In this document: piece by piece, positions 1 to 8,963 of the stretch
How the letters are laid out: every line of letters begins with the position of its first letter
Numbering within the stretch: position 1 is the first letter of the stretch
DNA from: Candidatus Omnitrophota bacterium
GTDB lineage: Bacteria; Omnitrophota; Gorgyraeia; Zapsychrales; Fredricksoniimonadaceae
DNA: 64,000 nt
Assembly (NCBI GenBank): GCA_903944345.1
Contig: CAJARJ010000002.1
Coordinates: forward strand, 1,969-65,968
Reading direction: 5' to 3'
Notes under the pieces: model-generated
What the model saw: the letters and a program-made list of their open reading frames with translations, nothing else
Told to the model about the DNA's origin: nothing
The model's database searches: none
Program-made: the position numbers and the translations under genes

Positions 1-486
1 CTGTGCCCAAAAAGCTTTCCCCGCCTGATCCTCAGGATACATAAGAGAAGAAGTAAACTGCTTGAGCAAATAATCCTGCGCCAAAAGATCGCGCCCCATC
101 TGGGTTCCGGCAAAATTATCCGGAATAATCCTAGTGCTCTCATATGGAGACAAGTTAACCCACATATCATTGTTGGGAGTCGTCAGCGAAGCCAGAAAAT
201 ACTTGATCAGCTTGCTATACTCATTTTCCTTTATATCCGCGTCAAGGGCCTGCTCGCCCTTGTTCATAACAAAATAAAAATTGAACGGATTTTTGAGATC
301 CATCCGCATTCCCACCATGCGGGCAGGAGCAAACGCCACAGTCACCGGCGCCATTTCGCCCGGGGCTGGCATTGGAGCCACTACCTGTGCAAAGCCGCTT
401 TGCGCGGGAATCATCGCCAGCAACGACCCGATAATAGTCACGGCCAGGCTCTTGAAAAGACTCCATCGAATAAACTGTTGAAACAT
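1..486 (-). CDS. Partial CDS (N-terminal ~162 aa; C-terminus lies beyond window start) of paralogous large secreted protein family (copy P0); start codon at 484-486
   Basis: Reverse-complement translation from 486 gives MFQQFIRWSLFKSLAVTIIGSLLAMIPAQSGFAQV... (signal peptide). It then follows the N-terminus of the 683..4222 protein almost residue for residue. Nucleotides 1..486 align to 3786..4222 at roughly 80% identity. Confidence 0.6.
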   Translation of the reverse strand, partial: MFQQFIRWSLFKSLAVTIIGSLLAMIPAQSGFAQVVAPMPAPGEMAPVTVAFAPARMVGMRMDLKNPFNFYFVMNKGEQALDADIKENEYSKLIKYFLASLTTPNNDMWVNLSPYESTRIIPDNFAGTQMGRDLLAQDYLLKQFTSSLMYPEDQAGKAFWAQ

Positions 487-620
487 ATACTTCCTCCGTT
501 GATTATAAATAACCGGAATCTGCCTTTAACCCTGACTTTATTGAATAAAGAAATCGAGGTTACTCCGGCCGCCATGTTACCTTTTGTAGATTTGTGTAAG
601 TATATAGCATAGAATGACAA

Positions 621-648
621 AAAACAAGGCCGGAGCAAAACTCCGGCC
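621..648 (-). terminator. Rho-independent terminator downstream of 683..4222 CDS
   Basis: Inverted repeat GGCCGGAG-caaaa-CTCCGGCC at 628-648, preceded on the + strand by AAAAAACAA (621-627), which is a U-rich tract on the minus-strand transcript immediately after the stop at 683. Confidence 0.5.
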
Positions 649-682
649 TCATATAGCACAAATAACTACTATTGTTGGGAAC

Positions 683-3600
683 TTACCTTACAGCCATCCG
701 CATCAAATCATTCAAAACCGGCAAATTCTGTGGCGTGACCGGACCGATCTCGCGAATGATCGGCGACAGCCCTTCAATATTCACCATGGCCGGATCCTGC
801 ATGGAAGCCGGTAAAGGCATCCCCGCTCCGTCCACCTTGATATTGATCTTCAAATACTTGTCGCTCATCGTGATACCACCAACGTCGTCCTGATCTGCGT
901 TTGCCCGGATACCCGCCTGGGCCCTGGTTGACAAACGATCCCTGACCGCTTGCGCTGTCTCTTGCGCTGCCCGCATAACATTCTCTGACTCCTGAAGCAA
1001 CCGTTCCTGGGCCATATAATTACTCACAATATTCGGCGCAACCTGAATTTCTGCAAGCTGCTTGTCCAGGCGACCAATCGACAGATTCAAACGATTCATA
1101 TCCCGGCCGATACGAGCCAAACTCTTGCCACGGTTCAACCCGGTGCGTTCAGCATCATATCGCGCCTGAAACCCGGCCAAAGCCTGCTCCAACACTCCTC
1201 GACTAGCCACAATCCCTTGCGCCTGCCCTAAACCTGCGGCACTCATTTGCTCAAAACGCGCAGCCAGACCTTCAATTGAACTTCTTTGTCCTTCCAGCTG
1301 GCGCGTTTTGTTCAGGCTCTCCCGCATCTGTCCCACCGAAGAAAGAACTTCCTTCAACTGTGTGCGCTGCGCATCAAAGACCTGCCCGAGAGCGCCAACT
1401 TCCAGCTTCTCTCCAGTCTGCTCCTGCCCCCACGCCACCGCCTCACGAAACTGATCCAACTGGCGCGTCACCACATCCAGGGCCTTGACTCGCTCGGCAG
1501 AAAGGCTCTGGATCTGCTTGAGATTATCTGCAATCTGCTGTTTAAGTTCGGCCGACTGATTCTCCAAAACCTCCACATCAGCATCCGGATCTGCCGCCAA
1601 TGCCGAAGACATGTTTTGCTCCACAAGCCGCTGACGTTGTTCGAGAGCACTGTTCTGAGTCCTGATGGCTTGCTCTCTGGTATTCCAGACGGCAGATTCA
1701 TCTCCTACGGCCTTCTCCAGAGCCGCTTGCGTGATATTTGCATCCCGATCAGTCAGAATCCGCAAATTATTTTCCATCGCATCAATACGTGCAATCCGCT
1801 CATTAACAGCCTCGACCTGCGCCTGCAAATCGTTTCTGGCCGCGGAAGCCGCAGCCAGCACCTCCGGTACTCTTCTAACCTGACCGCCAAGACTCTCCGA
1901 CATCCGGTCAATTCGCGGAACTTCGACCGCTACCGGACGGGCAATTTCAGGCAAACGGAATTCAGTCTGCTGAAGAATCGGCTTTTGCGGAGCTTGCGGA
2001 GCTACAGGTGTCTCGGGAGCTTCCGGCGCCGCAACCGCTGGACGAGCCGCACCGGCTGCAGAACGAACCCCGCGCAATAAGTCTCTTAATTCCTGCGGGG
2101 TCACTATTTGATCTTCTGCAATCCGGCTAAAACTGTCCGCCAGATCTTTATCATCTTGAGCACGTGCACTTAAAGCCTTCGCCTCACTGTCTGCCGCCTG
2201 GGCTGCCGCCTGGGCCGCCGCCAATTTATTAGCTTCTTTATTACTCTTGAGCTGCCGGGCTTTACGACGAACCCAGGCCGCACCCCAACCCATAAAACCG
2301 CCACCCAAAGCCCCCAAAGCATAAGCCATCAAGCCGTCATTATTCTGGCGAGCCAACTGAATAACTGCTTTTACCTGATCCCCAGCCGAAGAATCTCCCC
2401 GCTCCAGCGCTGTAGACGCTCCCAAAATCTGCTCGGCATAGGACACGGAAGCACCCCATTCACTGCTCTTGGCTTGCCAATCAGTTGCCACCGCCTCCAG
2501 ATCTGCTGATCTGTCCTCAAGCTCTCGGGCTGAATCACGAAGTCGCCCAGCAGAAACATCACCTGACTGTGTCGCCGCACCTGCAATCGTCGAAGCAGCA
2601 GTATCTCTAACCCTATCGGAAGCGCGTACCGCTGCCTGGGCCTTGCCTTGAACTTCCTTCGTTGAAGCAGCGATGGCTGTTGTATATGTTTTTCCGTTGC
2701 GCTGCCAGAGAAACGTATCAACTCCTGCTCTGCGCGCGGCAGCAAACGCCTGGGAGAAATTACCATCAAATGTCCGCAAGACTCCTCCCGGCGCTGTTTT
2801 TCCAGCACCAGCTCTGGCCTCCCGCTGCTGCACGCGCTCGACCAGCATCTCCTCTGCCAACCGCTGATCCGGCTCCGACAACTGAGAATACTTCCCTCCC
2901 CCGGCAAGATGCGAACGCAAAGCCTCGCGCACCTGTTGGGGATTAGACACCAGCTCTCGCTGGTCTGTATCCTGAAGCGCCGATGCCGTGGCTGCAACTA
3001 CCGGAGAAGCCGATGTGGCACTCAAGATCAAAGCCAGTGCTCCGGCGGCAACTGTCGCCAAGGTGACCTGTGCGGCATCCAGACGTGAATCCGCCGCCGC
3101 AGCCTGCAGAACCGGCGCGGCCCGCTGAGGGCCGACCGCACGGGCAGTCCTATCGAAGTCAATCGGCAAAGCTCCCCCGGAGAAATACTTGCGCGGCAGC
3201 ATTTCCTGTGTCAAGGGATCCATGTCTTCCTTGATATAGTTGAAGACACCAATCTTGTAAGCCTCAAGGTACTGCTGATAAATCTTTTCGCGAGCCTGTG
3301 GATCATTAACCTCAACTCCGGCCACCTTGCTCTTGTCCGCATACACCTGTCCCAGCAAGCTTTCTTTAAGTGTCTTTTTAAACCATGCCGCAAGAATCAT
3401 CGAATTATAAATCTGGCGTACCTGGGCAAAATTGGAGCCTTCATTAACTTCTTTTTCAATAATCGGAATAATCACCTCACGCACCACATCCGAAGCAATC
3501 TTGCGCGCGGCATCTGTTTCCCCCGACTGATCCTCGATCACATTACCGAACATCTCCTTGTTCTCCTCGATCGCCATGAAATCCTGCTCCATCATGACCT

Positions 3601-4222
3601 TCAAATGGCTGTCCACCAAAAACACGGTGTCATCTTTCTGATAAATATCCGCACGGTCTGGAACAATCCACACCTTGTTAAAGGTATCCACCGGAATATC
3701 GGTCGTGCCAAATTCTTCCTGCGCCCGGGAATAAACCCGCTCCCAGAAAAGTTTCCCGGTCTCGTCCTCGGGATACATGAGTGACGAGGCAAACTGCTTG
3801 AGCAGATAATCCTGCGCCAGCAAATCCCGGCCCATCTCGGTCCCGGCAAAGTTATCCGGGATAATCCTGGTGCTTTCATAAGGAGACAAGTTGACCCACA
3901 TGTCATTATTGGGAGTCGTCAGCGAGGCCAGGAAATACTTGATCAGTTTGTTATACTCGTTCTTCTTTATATCCGCTTCCAGAAACTGTTCGCCCTTGTT
4001 CATGACAAAATAAAAGTTGAACGGATTTTTGAGATCCATCCGCATCCCCACCATACAGGCCGGAGAGAATGAACCGGAAACAGCGGTCATTTCTCCTGGA
4101 GGTGGCATGGGCGCAATCACTTGGGCATAACCCGATTCAGCAGGGATCATGGCAATAAAAGCCGCAAGCACCACAAAGGTGACCCCTTTAAACCAACGCC
4201 AATGTAAAAGGTTCTGGAACAT
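683..4222 (-). CDS. Large secreted protein (copy P1, ~1179 aa from MFQNLL start at 4222): signal peptide, conserved family N-domain, ~700 aa Ala/Gln/Glu/Arg-rich coiled-coil centre with Pro-rich linker and Gly-rich hydrophobic segments, conserved C-terminal DPAM...GLSPII motif
   Basis: Single long ORF (track 683..4327). Internal Met at 4222 gives a signal peptide ending AESGYAQ. The N-domain contains KYFLASLT, DMWVNLSPYE, TDIPVDTFNKVWIVPD and PRKYFSGG, which recur in 18134..20812 and 20916..25085. The low-complexity heptad-like centre reads as coiled coil. Confidence 0.7.
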   Translation of the reverse strand: MFQNLLHWRWFKGVTFVVLAAFIAMIPAESGYAQVIAPMPPPGEMTAVSGSFSPACMVGMRMDLKNPFNFYFVMNKGEQFLEADIKKNEYNKLIKYFLASLTTPNNDMWVNLSPYESTRIIPDNFAGTEMGRDLLAQDYLLKQFASSLMYPEDETGKLFWERVYSRAQEEFGTTDIPVDTFNKVWIVPDRADIYQKDDTVFLVDSHLKVMMEQDFMAIEENKEMFGNVIEDQSGETDAARKIASDVVREVIIPIIEKEVNEGSNFAQVRQIYNSMILAAWFKKTLKESLLGQVYADKSKVAGVEVNDPQAREKIYQQYLEAYKIGVFNYIKEDMDPLTQEMLPRKYFSGGALPIDFDRTARAVGPQRAAPVLQAAAADSRLDAAQVTLATVAAGALALILSATSASPVVAATASALQDTDQRELVSNPQQVREALRSHLAGGGKYSQLSEPDQRLAEEMLVERVQQREARAGAGKTAPGGVLRTFDGNFSQAFAAARRAGVDTFLWQRNGKTYTTAIAASTKEVQGKAQAAVRASDRVRDTAASTIAGAATQSGDVSAGRLRDSARELEDRSADLEAVATDWQAKSSEWGASVSYAEQILGASTALERGDSSAGDQVKAVIQLARQNNDGLMAYALGALGGGFMGWGAAWVRRKARQLKSNKEANKLAAAQAAAQAADSEAKALSARAQDDKDLADSFSRIAEDQIVTPQELRDLLRGVRSAAGAARPAVAAPEAPETPVAPQAPQKPILQQTEFRLPEIARPVAVEVPRIDRMSESLGGQVRRVPEVLAAASAARNDLQAQVEAVNERIARIDAMENNLRILTDRDANITQAALEKAVGDESAVWNTREQAIRTQNSALEQRQRLVEQNMSSALAADPDADVEVLENQSAELKQQIADNLKQIQSLSAERVKALDVVTRQLDQFREAVAWGQEQTGEKLEVGALGQVFDAQRTQLKEVLSSVGQMRESLNKTRQLEGQRSSIEGLAARFEQMSAAGLGQAQGIVASRGVLEQALAGFQARYDAERTGLNRGKSLARIGRDMNRLNLSIGRLDKQLAEIQVAPNIVSNYMAQERLLQESENVMRAAQETAQAVRDRLSTRAQAGIRANADQDDVGGITMSDKYLKINIKVDGAGMPLPASMQDPAMVNIEGLSPIIREIGPVTPQNLPVLNDLMRMAVR

Positions 4223-4380
4223 AACGCCTCCGTTTATAAAGCCCGCAAAAAACACTTTCTTTATCTTAGAACGACGCAGCCACAAGAAAGTATGTCTGAT
4301 AATTGACAAGAAAACAAGCAGGATCAACGAAGAAAAACAGGACTCACGACCAGAATGAAGGCGGATGTCATAATATGTAA

Positions 4381-5214
4381 TTATATGCAGTCAGCAGAAG
4401 AAGAAACTATGACAATTCCGGCACGATCGGCCAGAGAAACGGTGCGTTCCCGGTCAATAACAAGAGTACGTTCAGCCTCAATGCACAAACAGCCGCAGCG
4501 AGCACGGCGCATATGCTCAATGGTACGCGGGCCAATAACCGGAACATCAAAACGACTGTCCTGCTTGGGCTTGGACATCTTGACCACCACCGCCCCCTCA
4601 CGCGCGATCAGTCCTCCACGCGTTATGCAGCGGTCAGTTCCCTCCATAGCTTCAATAGCAACAATAGCCTTGCCCTTGACCACCACAGTCTGACCAACAT
4701 CCAATCCCCCCATCTGCCGGGCCAAATCAATACCAAAAGAGATATCGGCCAATTGTTCTTCAGTCGGGGCTTTACGGGTCAGAGTCCCTCGAGGCGCCAG
4801 AAACTCCCTGAGCAGCAGGGTAGAATCCAGAAGTTCCATTCCTTCTGCCTTCAGGCGATCGGCTACCGCGCCAAAGATCGTATCGCAGCGGCGATCCGCC
4901 AACGCTGCAAACAAAGCCCGGTAATCCTCGTCCACCGGGCGGCGATTGTTAAACAATGTATCCGGATTGATCTGCCCGGCCATAATGACGTGCCGCAGGC
5001 CTCGCTCCCGAAAAAAAGCAAAAAAACGACGCATCTCACCTGGAGTAAACCAGCGGACTTCATCACTGCAGAAATGAATTAAAAAAGACGCGTCCCCTCT
5101 GGCGGCGGCGGTAATGACTTTAATCCCCTGACGGCGGGCTGCCTGGGCAAACAAAAGAGGGAAACGTCCGTTACCGGCAATAAGGCCAATCTGGGAAGGC
5201 AAAGAAGAAGGCAT
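4381..5214 (-). CDS. lpxI: UDP-2,3-diacylglucosamine pyrophosphatase LpxI (DUF1009 family)
   Basis: N-terminus IGLIAGNGRFPLLFA is typical of LpxI. Sits immediately downstream of lpxA with start/stop overlap at 5214. Confidence 0.7.
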   Translation of the reverse strand: MPSSLPSQIGLIAGNGRFPLLFAQAARRQGIKVITAAARGDASFLIHFCSDEVRWFTPGEMRRFFAFFRERGLRHVIMAGQINPDTLFNNRRPVDEDYRALFAALADRRCDTIFGAVADRLKAEGMELLDSTLLLREFLAPRGTLTRKAPTEEQLADISFGIDLARQMGGLDVGQTVVVKGKAIVAIEAMEGTDRCITRGGLIAREGAVVVKMSKPKQDSRFDVPVIGPRTIEHMRRARCGCLCIEAERTLVIDRERTVSLADRAGIVIVSSSADCI

Positions 5215-6020
5215 CAGTCTCCGTCGCCGACTGTCGAACCACTTAATATGCCCCGCTCGGACGATTTGATAAACTGCACCAGATGCCTGAGCTCGGCCGT
5301 CTGCTCAATCTCCTGCTCGATACGTTCAACGGCTGTAGAACGAGCCAGGCCGGAATTAAAAACCAGCCGGAAGGCTTCCTTGAGATTCTTGACCGCGGAA
5401 AGCGGCATTTTGGCCCGCTTGAGCCCCACACTGTTAATCCCATAAACCGCGGCCGGCATACCGACTGACAAGGAAAACGGAGGAACGTCCTGAGTAACAC
5501 GCGAACAGCCGCCAATCATGGAAAACTTGCCCACACGGGTAAACTGATGGATCCCCACCAGTCCGCCTACGATAACATTGTCTTCCACCAGCACATGCCC
5601 CGCCAGTGTGGCCGCATTGGCCATAACACAATCACTGCCGATCTGACAGTCATGCGCCGCATGCGCATAGGCCATAAACAAATTATTATTGCCAATACAT
5701 GTTACTCCGCCACCGTCAAGGGTCCCGCGGTGAATGGTCACAAACTCCCGGAAAATATTATTGTCCCCGATCTCAAGCCGGGTCTGATCCCCGCGCCGAT
5801 GCTTTTTGTCCTGGGGATCCTGGCCAATTGAAGCGCTGGAAAAAATCCGGTTCAGCCGGCCGATCACCGTTGTTCCACTGATCATGCAATGCGCCCCGAT
5901 TTCGGTTCCATCACCAATGGTCACGTCACCTTCTATAATCGTGTATGGGCCGATCACAATATTATCTCCGAGTTTGACCTCTGGAGCAATAATGGCTGTA
6001 GAATGAATGCTATTTGACAT
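5214..6020 (-). CDS. lpxA: Acyl-ACP--UDP-N-acetylglucosamine O-acyltransferase
   Basis: Hexapeptide-repeat protein starting MSNSIHSTAIIAPEVKLGDNIVIGPYTIIEGDVTIGDGTEIG, in lpx cluster context. Confidence 0.9.
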   Translation of the reverse strand: MSNSIHSTAIIAPEVKLGDNIVIGPYTIIEGDVTIGDGTEIGAHCMISGTTVIGRLNRIFSSASIGQDPQDKKHRRGDQTRLEIGDNNIFREFVTIHRGTLDGGGVTCIGNNNLFMAYAHAAHDCQIGSDCVMANAATLAGHVLVEDNVIVGGLVGIHQFTRVGKFSMIGGCSRVTQDVPPFSLSVGMPAAVYGINSVGLKRAKMPLSAVKNLKEAFRLVFNSGLARSTAVERIEQEIEQTAELRHLVQFIKSSERGILSGSTVGDGD

Positions 6021-6029
6021 ATCTCTCTC

Positions 6030-7337
6030 TTATCCGCCGAAAGCAAAACCCATTTCAGCTTCACAAACAACTTCGCCGTCCACCTTGCAGACCCCTTTGG
6101 CCTGTGCTACCCGGGAACGTGCCTTGATCACTTCAACTTCCATCACAACCTGATCTCCAGGCTCAATCACCTTTCGAAACTTGACATTATTAACTGACAT
6201 AAAGAACGCCAGCTTACCTTTAAGTTCCGGATTTGAAAGCATAACCACACCCGTCACCTGGGCCATGGCCTCGACCATCAGAACGCCAGGCATGACCGGA
6301 CGCGCCGGAAAATGTCCCTGGAAAAACGCTTCGTTCATGGTCACATTCTTGATCGCCACCGCCCTTTTACCCACCTCAATCGAGATAATACGATCAACCA
6401 GCAGGAAAGGATAACGATGCGGAATAATATCCATAATACCCCGGACATCAATCCGGCCATCAGAAGATTCGTTAATCCTCCTCTGAACACGCGTTGACTC
6501 GTAACGCTGTTTCTGTTCAAAGATCTTCTTGAGCAGGGCACGATTGAGCGCATGCCCGCTTTTGAACGCAAACACATGCCCCTTAAGGGCAATCCCAAGC
6601 AAATAAAGATCCCCGACACAATCCATCATTTTATGCCGAGCCGGCTCGTCTACAAAGCGCAAGGTGTTATGCAATACGCCCTGGGGGCCGAACACCAGCG
6701 TGTTTTCGTAACTGGCTCCCTGCCCCAGTCCCTTGGCCCGGATCGCATCGGCCTCATCCGCCAGGCAAAACGTGCGGCAGGCGGCCAACTCTTTCTGAAA
6801 GATTTCCGGATTGATCGCAAATGTGCAGGACTGCTTGAGCAAAGGATGCGGATAATCCAGAGAATAAGAAACCCGAAAATCTTCTGCCGGAACGATGGTG
6901 ACACAGGCACCTTTATCGGACACCGTAATAGGTTCACGAATAGCGAAAACATTCTTTTCGGTCTCAAGCTCACTGACCCCCGCCGACAACAAGGCTTGCA
7001 AAAAAATATCCGCGCTGCCGTCTCCGCCGGGAGGCTCGTCATTGTCCATCTCGATACGGATATTATCGACACCCATTCCTGAAAGAGCACTCATCAGATG
7101 CTCGACAGTATAAATAACCGCTTCTCCCCGTTTAATCGCCGAATAGCGGCCGCCTTCCATGCCATGAATCACGTCGAAAGACCCCAGAGTAATCGGCCCC
7201 TCCGCAAGCTTATCAGTACGAACAAAAATAATTCCGGTCCCTGCTGGCGCCGGCTTCATGGTAAATGACACCGGATGCCCGGTATGCAGTCCCTTGCCTT
7301 GCAAGGAAATTTCTTTGGCAATAGTCCTCTGCTTCAC
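6030..7337 (-). CDS. lpxC/fabZ: Bifunctional UDP-3-O-acyl-GlcNAc deacetylase / 3-hydroxyacyl-ACP dehydratase (LpxC-FabZ fusion)
   Basis: N-terminal LpxC (KQRTIAKEISLQGKGLHTGHPV...). C-terminal FabZ hot-dog (IPHRYPFLLVDRI...FFQGHFPARPVMPGVLMVEAMAQ). Confidence 0.9.
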   Translation of the reverse strand: MKQRTIAKEISLQGKGLHTGHPVSFTMKPAPAGTGIIFVRTDKLAEGPITLGSFDVIHGMEGGRYSAIKRGEAVIYTVEHLMSALSGMGVDNIRIEMDNDEPPGGDGSADIFLQALLSAGVSELETEKNVFAIREPITVSDKGACVTIVPAEDFRVSYSLDYPHPLLKQSCTFAINPEIFQKELAACRTFCLADEADAIRAKGLGQGASYENTLVFGPQGVLHNTLRFVDEPARHKMMDCVGDLYLLGIALKGHVFAFKSGHALNRALLKKIFEQKQRYESTRVQRRINESSDGRIDVRGIMDIIPHRYPFLLVDRIISIEVGKRAVAIKNVTMNEAFFQGHFPARPVMPGVLMVEAMAQVTGVVMLSNPELKGKLAFFMSVNNVKFRKVIEPGDQVVMEVEVIKARSRVAQAKGVCKVDGEVVCEAEMGFAFGG

Positions 7338-8374
7338 AATCGATCTCCCACTTTCTTCTCCAGCGCCGCGACCTGTGCTTTCAACAATTTAATTTCTTCG
7401 GCATACCGAGGAAGTCGTTTGGTATGCGCCATAATCCGGGTAGCCACAGCATATTCTTCTGCCGGAGTTCCAAACATTTTGGCGCCCGGATCAACATCCT
7501 TGGTAATCCCCGACTGAGCCGCCACAACCGCCCGCTCCCCGACTTTTGTATGCCCGGCCACGCCCACCTGACCGGCAATAATAGCATTGCGCCCTATATG
7601 CGCACTCCCGGCAATACCTGCCAGGGCTATAATCAAGGCATTCTCCTCAATCTGGACATTATGCGCTATCTGCACCAGATTATCAATTTTGCTGCCGCGA
7701 CCAATACGTGTCTGGTCGAAACGGGCGCGGTCAATCGTCACACAAGCCCCGATCTCAACATCGTCCCCGATTTCGACTCCGCCTATCTGGGGAATCTTGA
7801 CATGACGATCATCAACCTGGACATAACCGAAACCATCGGACCCCACCACTGTTCCGCTGTGGATAATCACATTATTCCCAAGAGTAACACCTTCGCGCAA
7901 GGTCACATTGGGATAAATCAGGCAGTCCTGCCCAACCACCGTCCGGTGACCGACATAAACACCGGCACCAATCTGTGAACCGCGACCGATCTGGGCTCCG
8001 GACTCAATCACCGCGCAAGGCCCCACCGCCGCTTCAGGATGCACAAGCGCGTCGCCTGCCACGACTGCAGAAGAATGAATTCCGCTAAGACGCGCAATGG
8101 CATCTTCCTTGAACAGTCCCATAACCCGGGAGAAAGCAAGAGAAGGATTATCGGTCTGGATAAGATTCTTACCCTCAACAAAAACACCGTGCTCGACCAG
8201 AATGGCACACGCACGGGTTCCTGCAGCCAACGGAATATATTTCTTGTTAGCCAGAAAAGTCAAATCAGTAGAAGATGCTTCCTTGATGCCGGCGACACCG
8301 GAAACGATCAACTGATCGTCTCCAACGACGCGGCCGCCGATTTCTCGAGCGACATCGGCGAGCGTTCTTTGCAT
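7334..8374 (-). CDS. lpxD: UDP-3-O-acylglucosamine N-acyltransferase
   Basis: Left-handed beta-helix hexapeptide repeats with the LpxD N-terminal domain (TLADVAREIGG...). Operon position between skp and lpxC. Confidence 0.9.
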   Translation of the reverse strand: MQRTLADVAREIGGRVVGDDQLIVSGVAGIKEASSTDLTFLANKKYIPLAAGTRACAILVEHGVFVEGKNLIQTDNPSLAFSRVMGLFKEDAIARLSGIHSSAVVAGDALVHPEAAVGPCAVIESGAQIGRGSQIGAGVYVGHRTVVGQDCLIYPNVTLREGVTLGNNVIIHSGTVVGSDGFGYVQVDDRHVKIPQIGGVEIGDDVEIGACVTIDRARFDQTRIGRGSKIDNLVQIAHNVQIEENALIIALAGIAGSAHIGRNAIIAGQVGVAGHTKVGERAVVAAQSGITKDVDPGAKMFGTPAEEYAVATRIMAHTKRLPRYAEEIKLLKAQVAALEKKVGDRL

Positions 8375-8386
8375 GACAAACAGCCT

Positions 8387-8929
8387 TTATTTTTTAGGTG
8401 CCTTGTAGGCATCATTAAGCTTTTTAAGTATGGGATCCGTTATATCCGCGGTGTCCTGTCCATAAACCAGAATGCGATTATTTAGGACAAAGCTGATCCC
8501 TTCCTTCTTAGCGTGTTCACTGACCGTTTTCTCGATTTCCAGAAGAATCTCTCTGACTTTCTCATCGCGCACCTTGGTCAGGTCTGTCCGCTGGGCACGA
8601 TCGAACTCAAGCACTTCATTCTTCTGTTTTTCAAGATCGGCCTCTGCCTTCTTTTTTTCTTCGTCTTTAAGAAGAGCGGCCTTGCCCTGTAATTCCTTGA
8701 TCTTGTCAACCTTGGCATTGCGCTCTTCCTGGAACTTGGTGCTGCTAGCTTCCAGGGTTTTGTCGTAAGCCTTAGTTTTCTCATAATTGTCAAAAATCTT
8801 GGCCAGATCAACATACGCAATCTTGAGATCGGCAGCTCCCGCGCGGCACACAAACAGCATAAGCGCAAAAAAAGCTGACATTAAAACCGTCTTTCCCAAA
8901 CCCTTCATAACTGCCTCCTTTATTAACAT
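8387..8929 (-). CDS. skp: Periplasmic chaperone Skp/OmpH
   Basis: Signal peptide plus Lys/Glu-rich coiled-coil. KIAYVDLAKIFDNYEKTKA is the OmpH signature. Lies between bamA and lpxD. The true start may be the internal Met (MKGLGKT). Confidence 0.8.
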   Translation of the reverse strand: MLIKEAVMKGLGKTVLMSAFFALMLFVCRAGAADLKIAYVDLAKIFDNYEKTKAYDKTLEASSTKFQEERNAKVDKIKELQGKAALLKDEEKKKAEADLEKQKNEVLEFDRAQRTDLTKVRDEKVREILLEIEKTVSEHAKKEGISFVLNNRILVYGQDTADITDPILKKLNDAYKAPKK

Positions 8930-8963
8930 AAGCCCGACCAGGAGTCTCTCCGGCCGGAAATCG

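Noticed and set aside
242-466. 74-aa minus-strand ORF from the ORF track
   Set aside because: Wrong frame. The homologous reading frame (MFQQFIRW..., start at 486) matches the paralog family and runs off the window edge, so it does not appear as a closed ORF.
1286-2997. Several 200-260 aa ORFs on both strands inside the 683..4222 gene
   Set aside because: They are embedded in the long coiled-coil CDS, whose low-complexity repeats generate alternative-frame ORFs. None has homology signals.
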